A DNA stretch of 64,000 nt, from positions 56,728 through 120,727 of the IMG/VR virus record IMGVR_UViG_3300044981_000387. One strand, 5' to 3'. This stretch comes from a virus. The notes below the pieces were generated by a model that ran no database searches, had not been told where the DNA came from, and saw only the letters and a list, made by a program, of their open reading frames with translations. Below are positions 8,129 through 17,916 of this stretch, piece after piece. Made by a program: the position numbers and the translations under genes. Position 1 is the first letter of the stretch; the number at the start of each line of letters is the position of its first letter.

Positions 8129-8311
8129 TTAATTACAAAAATGCATACTGCCTACAATAGGTTTATTTACTTGCACCAATGTATGACAGTCATAACATAC
8201 CTGATAGATCTTACTTCCTAAAACAATACTGTTGCCGTTAAATAAATCTTGTTGCAACTTATCAGGCAACGATGAGATCCAAGAAGGACCATAAATAGTT
8301 TGATATTTCAT
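8129..8311 (-). CDS. hypothetical protein
   Basis: 60 aa with CYDC and C-terminal HFC. Confidence 0.6.
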   Translation of the reverse strand: MKYQTIYGPSWISSLPDKLQQDLFNGNSIVLGSKIYQVCYDCHTLVQVNKPIVGSMHFCN

Positions 8312-8319
8312 TTTTTATT

Positions 8320-8677
8320 TGGTGGAGTCGTCGCGGCACTGCCCCGCGAGTCCGAAATACTTCTTCAATAAAACTCATTCACAGACCTAGCTAATGGACT
8401 TAGTCATCAGCACCAAAGTTAGATACTCGCTCTAACGGGTCATCTACTGTTATTTTCATTAGTGAGAATCGTAGCCCTTCTTACTAACTATCTTTAGTTG
8501 GGTTTGCGCTCTTTTGGTTACGAAAGATATCTACCATTAGAACGTGAAGTGCAATTAAGCGGCTTCAGCAAATACCATATCGTCGGCATCTAAACGTTAA
8601 TTGCTTTTAGAGGGGCAATCATCCTCTGTCTGTATCATTTAATCGATTCTTTATCCCGTCGAATCTAAGTCGACCCC
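8320..8677 (-). ncRNA. ssrA: tmRNA (one-piece), tag (A)ADDMVFAEAA at 8587-8555
   Basis: 5' GGGGTCGACTTAGATTCGAC; 3' CGACTCCACCA with G3:U70; UAGAU then GCC GAC GAT ATG GTA TTT GCT GAA GCC GCT TAA. Confidence 0.92.
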
Positions 8678-8688
8678 ATATTATGGAC

Positions 8689-8762
8689 TGGAGCTAATGA
8701 TGAGAATCAAACTCATATGACTGCGATACGAATGCAGCGTAATATCACTATACGACATTAGC
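8689..8762 (-). tRNA. tRNA-Thr(CGT)
   Basis: GCTAATG/CATTAGC acceptor stem, loop TTCGTAT, CCA. Confidence 0.85.
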
Positions 8763-8767
8763 TTATG

Positions 8768-8842
8768 TGGAGCCCAAGTCGAGAGTCAAACTCGATTTTC
8801 ATCATTACCAATGATGAGTAATAGTCGTTATACTACATGGGC
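8768..8842 (-). tRNA. tRNA-Thr(GGT)
   Basis: Anticodon arm CATCA-TTGGTAA-TGATG, CCA. Confidence 0.88.
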
Positions 8843-8846
8843 TTAT

Positions 8847-8921
8847 TGGAGCTGGTTGTGAGAATCGAACTCACGTCTCTGATTTACAAGGCCAGGGTCC
8901 TACCATTGAAACGAAACCAGC
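8847..8921 (-). tRNA. tRNA-Thr(TGT)
   Basis: Anticodon arm CTGGC-CTTGTAA-ATCAG, canonical TTCGA, CCA. Confidence 0.9.
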
Positions 8922-8933
8922 TTACTCTGTCAT

Positions 8934-8962
8934 AATATAACGCAATATTAGTAGGTTGTCAA
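8934..8962 (-). promoter_or_regulatory. sigma70-type promoter for the tRNA-Thr/tmRNA operon
   Basis: TTGACA-N17-TATATT ending 12 nt upstream of the first tRNA. Confidence 0.75.
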
Positions 8963-9020
8963 GCCCACCTCAATTTTTAATTTTAGAAGAAGTTAGGTGC
9001 CAGCCATCGCAAGTTTCACA

Positions 9021-9049
9021 TTTATAAACACTAAGATCTTTGTTGTCAA
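9021..9049 (-). promoter_or_regulatory. second tandem sigma70-type promoter
   Basis: TTGACA-N17-TATAAA. Confidence 0.45.
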
Positions 9050-9121
9050 GCAATAAAATTGCCGTATCTGCATCTTTCCAGGTATTATATCGATTCTTTT
9101 GGGGAAACTCTAAACATTTCT

Positions 9122-9910
9122 TCATAAACTCTCCTGACGAAAAATATCTGAACCGTGCTTAAAAATATTACTCAAAAAGCTTTGATCTTTAGTAAAAATA
9201 GGTGGCTCAGGATTGAGATACCATTTATATCGAGCAGACTCTTCCGATAATTTAGGAACTTTATAACAAGCGGTCCCTCGACGAAAAGAAACTGGATAAT
9301 CATTGAAATTAATTTGACATTCTTGATGCAACAAATCAATCTTTTCATCCATACTTAAACCACTTAACATTTCCTTAATAGCATTCTTATCATGTTTCTT
9401 AATTAATTCATAAAGGCAAGCAAATTGAATGGAAGCGTGAAAATTATATTGTTGCTTATAAACCAAAGTATTGATAGCTTCTCCAATAGTTGGCACAGCA
9501 AACACTTGAGAAGTAAAAATAGGATCATTGGTTAAATTAAGAGATAATTTGGTAGCACAATCATTAAAATGCATAGTAGCAATCGCTGCCGTCACCGAAG
9601 ATATCTTCTGAACACGATTATCATACCAAGGAACGGTATCGGGGTTCTGATCGTTACGCACCACCAACACAATTTCGTCATTATACTGATAACCAAAAAG
9701 AGCTCCTTCCACTTCCGTACATAAACGCAACATAGTAGATAAAATACATTCCGCAAACTTAGGACAATACGGTTTATCTAATAATTGGGTTAATTTAGAA
9801 AAAGAACGACCATTAACTATTATAATGATAGGCAAACGAGCTAATAGCTTGTAATCAGAGGTAGCTTGGTAGCTATCTATTCGGTCTTTCAATTTAATAT
9901 TATTCATCAA
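9122..9910 (-). CDS. Thg1-like 3'-5' nucleotidyltransferase (tRNA-His guanylyltransferase family)
   Basis: IIIVNGRSFSKLT, GYQYNDEIVL, WYDNRVQKISS, FRRGT; catalytic Asp positions partly altered. Confidence 0.85.
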   Translation of the reverse strand: MMNNIKLKDRIDSYQATSDYKLLARLPIIIIVNGRSFSKLTQLLDKPYCPKFAECILSTMLRLCTEVEGALFGYQYNDEIVLVVRNDQNPDTVPWYDNRVQKISSVTAAIATMHFNDCATKLSLNLTNDPIFTSQVFAVPTIGEAINTLVYKQQYNFHASIQFACLYELIKKHDKNAIKEMLSGLSMDEKIDLLHQECQINFNDYPVSFRRGTACYKVPKLSEESARYKWYLNPEPPIFTKDQSFLSNIFKHGSDIFRQESL

Positions 9911-9922
9911 TCTAAATATAAC

Positions 9923-10498
9923 TTAGGCCCTACGGGTTGTCACCGTTGGCTGTAAACGAGCCACCATATCACGAATGCCATCCTTAAAATTACCGGGGAT
10001 AGTAGATTTTTGTGCAATTTGTCCAGTAGGATTGATGGTGGATAAATTAGCTAACTCAGGGGATTGTAATAGATAAGGAATCATCTGTGAAACCTGATCG
10101 GCAGTTAAGGCTTGAGTAAAAGCCTGCCCCGCGTTCAATAAGGTTTTGTATACCTTCAGAAAGAAGACTAATAGATTTTTTTGATCAGGAGAAGTAAAAG
10201 AGCTGGGATCAAATTGAAAGTTCTGATTCCTTAATGTCTGCAAGTTATATTGTCCATTGGTAGCAATATTAGCTGCTGAACTTAAACTTCTTACTAAACT
10301 CTCAATAATAGCCACTCTGGCTGAATCCCAACCCACCCTAATGCTAGGATATAAAGAAGAAGCTAAAGGAGACGGATCTGGAGCCACCGCCGCATTAGTA
10401 GTAGTGTTAGGCGTGGCAGTGCTGGTAGTCGGATCAGAAGGAACCGTTTGAGCAATTTTTTGCAATATTTTCAAGCGAACTTTAGCTAGGGACATCAA
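9923..10498 (-). CDS. hypothetical protein, possibly virion-associated (QKIAQ motif)
   Basis: LKILQKIAQTVPSDPT followed by a Thr/Ala/Pro-rich linker. Confidence 0.65.
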   Translation of the reverse strand: MMSLAKVRLKILQKIAQTVPSDPTTSTATPNTTTNAAVAPDPSPLASSLYPSIRVGWDSARVAIIESLVRSLSSAANIATNGQYNLQTLRNQNFQFDPSSFTSPDQKNLLVFFLKVYKTLLNAGQAFTQALTADQVSQMIPYLLQSPELANLSTINPTGQIAQKSTIPGNFKDGIRDMVARLQPTVTTRRA

Positions 10499-10545
10499 GT
10501 ATATGCTAAAAGTTTGGCATCTTCAGGTAGTAAGAAAGGTTAAGA

Positions 10546-11988
10546 ATGTTTGCTGGTAATTACATTGCCTGGAATCAGACCAGAATTAAAGCTATTGTAG
10601 AGTATTATGGTCACCAATTCTTCTTTGGTAAAAAAGTTCTAGATTTGGGCTGTGGACATGGTGATATCAGCGGAGTCTTACATCGTTTAGGCGCAGACGT
10701 CACAGCCGTAGATGCTCGTCAAGAACACCTCAAAACTGTATCTCAAAAGTATAATGGCGTTAAAACCGTTAAGGCAGATTTGGATCAGCCCTGGCCCTTT
10801 TTTGGTAAAACTTTTGATCTGACTTTGGATTTGGGCCTTTTATGTCATCTTAACAATTTTCGCTTATACGACCACTTAAAAGCCGTATGTGCATGTAGCA
10901 ACTATTTGATTTTAGAAACTGCCGTCTTGGATTCCAATGATCCAGAAGCTTGCATCGTTAAACCAGATAATAAAAATAACTATGAGGACTCTTTTAACGG
11001 TTTTAGCAGCCAAATGTCCGCCGCTAATATTGAACGCCTACTTACCCAATATGGGATGAACTTCCAGCGTTTAGATCAAACTAAGTTTAACTCTCCTCCT
11101 TACTCCTATGACTGGCATAGTAAAAATGACAATTCTTTTGATATCAATAAGCGCCGCATTTGGTTTTGCATTAAAAATGGCACCCAACATCAAAACACCA
11201 ATCCACCAGCCAATGTTTTACCTGCTATTCATGGTGGCACCTTTTCTCCTCATCTGACTGATTCTAAAATACCAGTTAGTCATCAGAAGATGATGACCAC
11301 CGCTTCTGCTGCCCCTCCTAACGTTCATACGCCACCTCTGCCACCAGTGGCTGTGTTTGCTGCTACTTTGGCCCATCAACCTGTCCCGCGAGTCCCACAT
11401 ATAGCAATTACATCACCGCCCCCAATTAAGATAAGACTATTTTATAATTATTATGAAGATAGTCATTGGCATAGAAAAAATGAAATAGATATGTGTCTAC
11501 GAAATAATATTGATAACCCATTACTAGATATCATTATCGTGGAATCGGAAACTAATCCTACTTTTGATTTTATGTTTGATAAAGTTAATAAATTAACAGG
11601 GCCCAATGATATTAACATTATTTGTAATACAGATATCTTTTTTGATGACACCATTGCCCTAGTATCTAGAATGCAAGATAAAGAGGCTTATGCCCTAGGT
11701 CGTTGGGATTGGACTACCATTAAAATTAGCAATTTAGTTGATAATAATTCTATCCAAAATGCCTGGATCATCAAAGGTAAAGTAGAAAATGTGATGGGCA
11801 ATTTCTCAATGGGTAAGCCGGGAAGTGATGGCAGAATCGCCTACGAACTACAAAAAGCGGGATATAAAGTTAGCAACCCAAGCAAGTCTATTAAAGCCTA
11901 TCATGTCCACAATAGTAATATTAGACATTATACGGAAAATGATAGAATACAAGGGGAATATTTATCTGTTCCCATCATGAGTTTATAA
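10546..11988 (+). CDS. class I SAM methyltransferase fused via a Pro-rich linker to a GT-A-like domain
   Basis: VLDLGCGHG; C-terminal NIICNTDIFFD...ALGRWD...GKPGSDGRIAY. Confidence 0.75.
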   Translation: MFAGNYIAWNQTRIKAIVEYYGHQFFFGKKVLDLGCGHGDISGVLHRLGADVTAVDARQEHLKTVSQKYNGVKTVKADLDQPWPFFGKTFDLTLDLGLLCHLNNFRLYDHLKAVCACSNYLILETAVLDSNDPEACIVKPDNKNNYEDSFNGFSSQMSAANIERLLTQYGMNFQRLDQTKFNSPPYSYDWHSKNDNSFDINKRRIWFCIKNGTQHQNTNPPANVLPAIHGGTFSPHLTDSKIPVSHQKMMTTASAAPPNVHTPPLPPVAVFAATLAHQPVPRVPHIAITSPPPIKIRLFYNYYEDSHWHRKNEIDMCLRNNIDNPLLDIIIVESETNPTFDFMFDKVNKLTGPNDINIICNTDIFFDDTIALVSRMQDKEAYALGRWDWTTIKISNLVDNNSIQNAWIIKGKVENVMGNFSMGKPGSDGRIAYELQKAGYKVSNPSKSIKAYHVHNSNIRHYTENDRIQGEYLSVPIMSL

Positions 11989-11994
11989 GATAAA

Positions 11995-12660
11995 ATGTTA
12001 TACAACACCACTCACAATTTAACAAAAATTATAGAGCCGCCTACTCAAGAAGATATTTACAACTGCCCTCATTATTTTGGAATGAGCTATGAGCAGGTCA
12101 AAACTTCGGGAGCACCACAATTTCTTATCGATCTGCTAGACCAATTTCCTTTTGATGGACGCAAGAATATTTTACAAATTAGACCACAAGATTTTAGAGC
12201 AAGCAATACGCCCATTGATGGTAGACACTGGCACACCGATTACAATGTTAGATTGCTGGATAAAGAAGGCAATCAAAACAAAGTTTATGCCAATGGTCAT
12301 GACGATTTTCACTTAATGGTTATTTCTTGGGGTGCCGGCTGTAGCACGGAGTTTATTAATACTCCATTTGAGTTGCCAGATAACTTAGCCCACAAAAATA
12401 CTAAAGAAGATTGGGAGAACTGGGACAACGCCCTTCGTGCGCGTTTGCTACAACCCCATGAAGTAATTAGTGCTCCCAAAAACCAAATGATAGAATACAC
12501 TTCTCGAGACTTACATCGTGCTGATGGTATTATGCACTCTCAAGGGCTTAGGTTAATGATTGTGGCTTTTGATTGTGATGATATCGATGGCACAGTTAGG
12601 ATTCTACCATCCATCAAGGAAATAGATAATGGGGCATCCGTTCCCACTTATTCAAGGTAA
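11995..12660 (+). CDS. putative 2OG-Fe(II) oxygenase-like protein
   Basis: HWHTD (HxD) and distal DLHRA. Confidence 0.5.
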   Translation: MLYNTTHNLTKIIEPPTQEDIYNCPHYFGMSYEQVKTSGAPQFLIDLLDQFPFDGRKNILQIRPQDFRASNTPIDGRHWHTDYNVRLLDKEGNQNKVYANGHDDFHLMVISWGAGCSTEFINTPFELPDNLAHKNTKEDWENWDNALRARLLQPHEVISAPKNQMIEYTSRDLHRADGIMHSQGLRLMIVAFDCDDIDGTVRILPSIKEIDNGASVPTYSR

Positions 12661-12672
12661 GGATTATGTAAG

Positions 12673-13299
12673 ATGAAAAACATTTGTATATTTGGATCGG
12701 GAGGTTTCGCTAAAGAAGTTTTTTGGTTAGCACATCAGGCAGGTAAAGATGTGGAAGCATTTATCGATATTCAGGCGGGCGGCTTTTGCTGCAGAACCAA
12801 AATTGAGAATGAAGGTTATTTTGATCCGGAAAAACATTTAGCAATAGTAGGTGTGGGTAATCCCAAAGTTCGTGAGAAAATTGTTAATGGTATCATCGAA
12901 CAACATGGTGAAAATGTCTTTGCTACAATTATTTCTCCCAGCGCTAATATTATTAGCTATAGCACCATTAAAATTGGTAAAGGTTCAGTTATTTGTGCTA
13001 ATTGCATCTTGACTTGTGATATTGAATTAGGAGACTTCTCGCAACTCAATTTATCCACTACTATTGGTCATGATACTAAAACTGGCAAGTTTTTTACTAC
13101 CGCTCCCGGAGTTCATATTAGTGGTAAGGTAATAACTGGTGAAAGAGTTTATTTTGGCACTAATGCCTGTTCTATCGAAGATATCAATATTTGTGATGAT
13201 GTTACTATTGGAGCGGCTGCCTGTGTATCAAAAGACATAATAGATAGCGGGATCTATGTTGGTGTGCCTGCTAAAAAATTGGAGAAGAAAAATGGCTGA
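12673..13299 (+). CDS. NeuD/PglD-family sugar acetyltransferase
   Basis: IFGSGGFAKEV, VGVGNPKVR, hexapeptide repeats, IGHD, YVGVPAK. Confidence 0.92.
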   Translation: MKNICIFGSGGFAKEVFWLAHQAGKDVEAFIDIQAGGFCCRTKIENEGYFDPEKHLAIVGVGNPKVREKIVNGIIEQHGENVFATIISPSANIISYSTIKIGKGSVICANCILTCDIELGDFSQLNLSTTIGHDTKTGKFFTTAPGVHISGKVITGERVYFGTNACSIEDINICDDVTIGAAACVSKDIIDSGIYVGVPAKKLEKKNG

Positions 13300-13597
13300 T
13301 ACAATCGGATCCCTAATAGATAAGCTGGCTACGATCAATCAAAAAATGTTTATGGCTCAAGAAGAGTTATATGTCGTTAGAAAGATGAACCTAGAAGAGT
13401 TTAAGGCGGCTTTTGGCACGGATGAGGGCTTACAAAAGCTTCATAGTTACTTTAAGAAGTCAATGGATCTAAATGTTCAGAGACAGGCTATGATTCTAGA
13501 AGTAGATAAAAAAATTGCCGAAATTGTGGCAGCTGCCGTTAAAGGCGAAGACTTAAACAACGGTGCTTTTATTCAAGACCAACATAAGACATACTAA
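13292..13597 (+). CDS. hypothetical coiled-coil protein (DUF4254-like)
   Basis: MADTIGSLIDKLATINQKMF...QRQAMILEVD. Confidence 0.6.
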   Translation: MADTIGSLIDKLATINQKMFMAQEELYVVRKMNLEEFKAAFGTDEGLQKLHSYFKKSMDLNVQRQAMILEVDKKIAEIVAAAVKGEDLNNGAFIQDQHKTY

Positions 13598-13599
13598 TT

Positions 13600-14451
13600 A
13601 TGAGAATATTAAATATTGGCGGGATACCAACCTCTTTAGGTGAAGCAATCAATTATAAATATCATTTAGATTTGGTTAAGCATAACTATGATCAAATATT
13701 ATTGAACTTTCATCTTCCATTGCTTGAATATGGTTTACATACCAACACAGTTGATTGGGTAATTAAAAAACAGTTATGGGAAAAATATTTGCATGATATA
13801 GGTCAATTATTTTTCTCTGAACCACCATATTCTCTAATAGCGGGGACACAAACTTTTTGTGGCGATCTAAATGGTTTAATAAAAAAAATAGGCGTGACTC
13901 CACGTAAACCAGATTTAGGGCACCTATTATGTAAAGGCACCTCTCTTAATTTAGGAGAAGATTATATAGTTATTACCACTAAGGCCAGAGAAGTAAGTCG
14001 CAAAACATTTTTTCCACTATCTATTCAATTATGGAGTATTCTTAAGTGCCTATCTAATAAGTATAAAATAGTGATACTTGGAGAAAAATTGGTAGAGATG
14101 AGAAAAGAATATATAATGTATAATAATGAAATATTTGGAATATATGAACACATTATTGCCAATATACCGGGTGATCGAATAGTAGATTTAACGGTTCCAG
14201 CCTTAGGAGAAACCGTTGCAGCCCTAAAAGATATTCAACAAGACTGCTTAATAATGAAGGAGGCAAAGTTTACTATTTCTATTGGTATAGGTGGTAATTG
14301 TTGTTTGTCATGCGCATCATCTGGTATGGCAATTGGTTATAGAAATGACAATAATAAATTGGCAGATACTATTTATAATAAAGAATATTCTAATGCTGTA
14401 ATCACCAAAGATTGGAACCGTTTTATAAAAACATTAGAGAGGTATCTATGA
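13600..14451 (+). CDS. putative GT-B (GT9-like) glycosyltransferase, paralog A
   Basis: Shares FSEPPY, GTSLN, TTK.R, DL..PALG, QQDCLIMKEA and IGIGGN with 17913-18737. Confidence 0.5.
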   Translation: MRILNIGGIPTSLGEAINYKYHLDLVKHNYDQILLNFHLPLLEYGLHTNTVDWVIKKQLWEKYLHDIGQLFFSEPPYSLIAGTQTFCGDLNGLIKKIGVTPRKPDLGHLLCKGTSLNLGEDYIVITTKAREVSRKTFFPLSIQLWSILKCLSNKYKIVILGEKLVEMRKEYIMYNNEIFGIYEHIIANIPGDRIVDLTVPALGETVAALKDIQQDCLIMKEAKFTISIGIGGNCCLSCASSGMAIGYRNDNNKLADTIYNKEYSNAVITKDWNRFIKTLERYL

Positions 14452-15560
14452 TTCCTATTTATCAGCCCTACTTACCTGTTAGCTGTCTAAACTTTGCGCA
14501 TGATGCCTTAGACTCCACCTGGCTCTCTTCACAGGGTAAATACATCCCCATGGTAACGGAGAAATTGCAAGAGCTGCTCGGAGTCAAGTATGTGCTACCC
14601 GTCAATAACGGCACTTCTGCGTGCCACCTGGTAGCCAAGTGTGTGGCTGAAAAAAAGCACCTATCCGAAGTCATTGTTCCCAACAATGTCTATGTAGCTG
14701 CCTGGAACGCCTTCTTGTTTGACTTTAACTACGACCTATTTGCCATTGATGCCGACCTAACTACTTGGAATATAGATTTACAAGAACTAGATAGGGCCAT
14801 TTACCAACACCCCCATGCTGCCGTATTGATTGTGCATAATGTCGGCAATATCATTAACGTGCCACAACTACAACAAAAATATCCTAATACTGTGTTTGTG
14901 GAAGACAACTGCGAAGGCTTTTTAGGCACATATGAGGGCTCACAATCGGGTACCGCCAGCTATGCTTCTGCCATCTCCTTCTTCGGCAATAAAAACATTA
15001 CCTGTGGGGAGGGCGGGGCATTCCTGACTAACGATGAAGAAGCTTATCATTTTGCTAAAACTACTCATGCCCAAGGCCAGTCTACTCAAAGATTCGTGCA
15101 TGACAAGCTGGGCTATAATTTCAGGATAACCAATATACAAGCAGCAATTTTATATGGACAATTACAAATATTACCTGATATTTTAGATATGAAAGAAAAA
15201 ATATTTGATAAATATCGACAGGTCTTAAAAAATAGAGAAGATATCCTAATACAATCATCGCCACCTAATACCCAGCATGCTAATTGGATGATGGGCATCA
15301 GGATTCCTGGCCACAAAAATTATCAAAATGCCGAGTTATATTTTAAGTCGAATGGTGTGGAAATACGACCTATGTTCTATCCTATTTCTGCTCATAAATA
15401 TCTTAACAATAACTATATAGTATCTTGGACAAATTGTAATAATGCCACATTACTTAATAATGAGTGTTTTATTCTACCAAGTTATCCGGGTTTAACTTCC
15501 AAAGAACAATCACACATCTTAAAAACTTTGGAAGATTATCTAATAACTGTGGAGAGATAA
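14448..15560 (+). CDS. DegT/DnrJ/EryC1 PLP aminotransferase (perosamine synthase-like)
   Basis: VNNGTSACHL, VEDNCE, SFFGNKNITCGEGG, GYNFRITNIQAAIL, LPSYP. Confidence 0.92.
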   Translation: MIPIYQPYLPVSCLNFAHDALDSTWLSSQGKYIPMVTEKLQELLGVKYVLPVNNGTSACHLVAKCVAEKKHLSEVIVPNNVYVAAWNAFLFDFNYDLFAIDADLTTWNIDLQELDRAIYQHPHAAVLIVHNVGNIINVPQLQQKYPNTVFVEDNCEGFLGTYEGSQSGTASYASAISFFGNKNITCGEGGAFLTNDEEAYHFAKTTHAQGQSTQRFVHDKLGYNFRITNIQAAILYGQLQILPDILDMKEKIFDKYRQVLKNREDILIQSSPPNTQHANWMMGIRIPGHKNYQNAELYFKSNGVEIRPMFYPISAHKYLNNNYIVSWTNCNNATLLNNECFILPSYPGLTSKEQSHILKTLEDYLITVER

Positions 15561-16228
15561 TGGAATCTGAAAAGATATTTGAGGCAGTTTGTGATCCAAA
15601 AAATATTGATTTTGTTAAAAACATCATTAATGTAATGGAGCCAGATCTTGTCATAGGGCCACACCTAATGAATATTCTAAATAAAAATCAAGCAGAAACG
15701 CGAGGATTTGTTGCTTGGGCAGCCAAATATCTTCAACCAAAAAACTATTTAGAAATAGGCATTAGAACTGGATGGTCAATGGCTATGGTCGCTGTCGCAG
15801 CCCCACAATGTGCACTATATGGTTTTGATAATTGGGAAACCAATTATGCTGGCTCTCCTAATCCAGGTCCTAATTTTGTTGCAAAAGAAATGAAAAAATT
15901 AGGATATCAAAAAGAGATTCATTTCATTGATGGAGATAGTCATCAAACTGTTCCAGAGTTTTTTAGAATCAATCCTTCTATGGAGTTTGATCTGATCTTG
16001 GTTGATGGTGATCACTCTGATACGGGCGCTTTAGATGATCTGAAAAATACCATGCCACATGTCAAAATAGGTGGCATATTACTATTTGATGACATCGTAT
16101 TAAATCCCAATCATGGTGGTCATTTAGACCAAGTTTTTAAGAACATACAGGTGTTATATCCTAATTTTGAGTATCATGCTTTTACCAAAAATGATCCTGG
16201 AGTCGGTATCGCCATCAAAATTAAATAA
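15560..16228 (+). CDS. class I SAM methyltransferase (Methyltransf_24-like)
   Basis: YLEIGIRTGWS, FDLILVDGDHS, GGILLFDD. Confidence 0.85.
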   Translation: MESEKIFEAVCDPKNIDFVKNIINVMEPDLVIGPHLMNILNKNQAETRGFVAWAAKYLQPKNYLEIGIRTGWSMAMVAVAAPQCALYGFDNWETNYAGSPNPGPNFVAKEMKKLGYQKEIHFIDGDSHQTVPEFFRINPSMEFDLILVDGDHSDTGALDDLKNTMPHVKIGGILLFDDIVLNPNHGGHLDQVFKNIQVLYPNFEYHAFTKNDPGVGIAIKIK

Positions 16229-16229
16229 T

Positions 16230-16928
16230 ATGCTACATAAAATTATATGTCCAATTTGTCAGTATCAAGAGGAGGGATTTAAGACTCTCGAAAGTGATTG
16301 TATTTTTATACCTATTGAAGGTTTGGATCAACATTTAATAAGATATCAATGTCCTAACTGTGATGTTATTTTTGGGACTCAGCAAATGTTGGGTTTATCC
16401 AAATATGAACTAAAAAATGCATATCAAAAACTTTTTGACAGTGGACATAAAGATGGGGATGAAAATAGCGTCAAGTGTGAAATAAATAATTTATTAATTC
16501 TTAATCCAAACTCAAATAGAGTATATCTTAATTGGGGAGCAGGAACATCGGTAGCTAGTGACAAAGCGAAACTACTAGGCTTTACTTTGTTAAACTTTGA
16601 TCCATTTGTAATAGATTCTTCTAAATATATTAGTAAAGATCAATTAAAAAATACTAAGTTTGACGGCATAATTTCACACAATGTTCTAGAACATTTGCAG
16701 GATCCGATATCCGAACTAGAGCTTATGAAGTCTTTTCTAAAACCTGAAGCAAGTATGATTCACTCTACCCCATGTTATAGGTATAGCTATGAGTATACAA
16801 AATATCATTTATTCTTTTTTGAAGGACGATCCTTGGATGTTATTTGTGAAAAAACTAAATTAACATATAAATATATGGACTCTTTCATGGGAACTTACGT
16901 AGTTAAATATGATATAAAGAAAGAATAA
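16230..16928 (+). CDS. methyltransferase with N-terminal Zn ribbon (Methyltransf_23-like)
   Basis: CPIC, CPNC, LNWGAG, FDGIISHNVLEHLQDP. Confidence 0.8.
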   Translation: MLHKIICPICQYQEEGFKTLESDCIFIPIEGLDQHLIRYQCPNCDVIFGTQQMLGLSKYELKNAYQKLFDSGHKDGDENSVKCEINNLLILNPNSNRVYLNWGAGTSVASDKAKLLGFTLLNFDPFVIDSSKYISKDQLKNTKFDGIISHNVLEHLQDPISELELMKSFLKPEASMIHSTPCYRYSYEYTKYHLFFFEGRSLDVICEKTKLTYKYMDSFMGTYVVKYDIKKE

Positions 16929-16929
16929 A

Positions 16930-17916
16930 ATGAAGACTGCATGTATAACTGGCATTACGGGACAAACAGGATCGTACCTGGCTGATCTTTTGTTAGATAA
17001 AGGTTATGTAGTTCATGGCCTGAAACGACGTAGTAGTGTCTTCAATACTGAGCGTATTGATCATATTAAGAATGGTAATCTGAAATTATACTACGGCGAC
17101 TTAACCGATTATTCCTCCTTGGTAAGTTGGATATCTGATATTAAACCAGATCTCTTTTTCAATATGGCAGCTCAAAGCCACGTTAAAATTAGCTTTGATG
17201 TTCCAGAATATACTATGGACGTAACTGGGGTAGGCGTCATGCGTGTGTTAGAGGCCATTCGTAAAAATAGTGCCAACACCAGATTTTTAACTGCTTCTTC
17301 TAGTGAAATGTTTGGTTCCACCCCACCTCCACAGAATGAATTAACGCCCTTCCATCCAAGAAGCCCCTATGGTATTGCTAAAATAGCTGGATACTATACT
17401 TGTATCAATTATCGTGAAGCCTATAATATCCATGCTTGTAATGCTATCTCCTTCAATCATGAGAGTCCTCGACGCGGTGAAAACTTTGTCACTCGTAAGA
17501 TTACTCGTGCTGCTACTCGAATCAAATTGGGTTTGCAAGATAAAGTGGTGTTAGGCAATCTGAGTGCTAAGCGAGACTGGTCACATGCGGCTGATGTCGC
17601 TGAGGCTATGTATCGAATTATCACCGCTCCAACTCCTGATGATTATGTAGTAGCTAGTGGAGAGATGCACTCGGTAGAAGAGTTTGCGCAGTTGGTATTC
17701 AGCAAACTAGAGCTTAATTATTTAGACTATATAGAGTTTGATGCCAGCTATCTACGCCCCACCGAAGTAGATGCTTTATGTGGTGATGCGTCTAAGTTAA
17801 GAAACAATCTGGGTTGGAGACCACAATATAATTTCCAACAGTTAATTGATGAAATGGTGGATGCTGATATGGAGTTAGCTAAAAAAGAGAAATTACTTCA
17901 GGACAGCTCCAAGTGA
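16930..17916 (+). CDS. gmd: GDP-mannose 4,6-dehydratase
   Basis: ITGITGQTGSYLA, AAQSHVKISF, ASSSEMFG, PRSPYGIAK, FNHESPRRGENFVTRKIT, RPTEVD. Confidence 0.97.
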   Translation: MKTACITGITGQTGSYLADLLLDKGYVVHGLKRRSSVFNTERIDHIKNGNLKLYYGDLTDYSSLVSWISDIKPDLFFNMAAQSHVKISFDVPEYTMDVTGVGVMRVLEAIRKNSANTRFLTASSSEMFGSTPPPQNELTPFHPRSPYGIAKIAGYYTCINYREAYNIHACNAISFNHESPRRGENFVTRKITRAATRIKLGLQDKVVLGNLSAKRDWSHAADVAEAMYRIITAPTPDDYVVASGEMHSVEEFAQLVFSKLELNYLDYIEFDASYLRPTEVDALCGDASKLRNNLGWRPQYNFQQLIDEMVDADMELAKKEKLLQDSSK

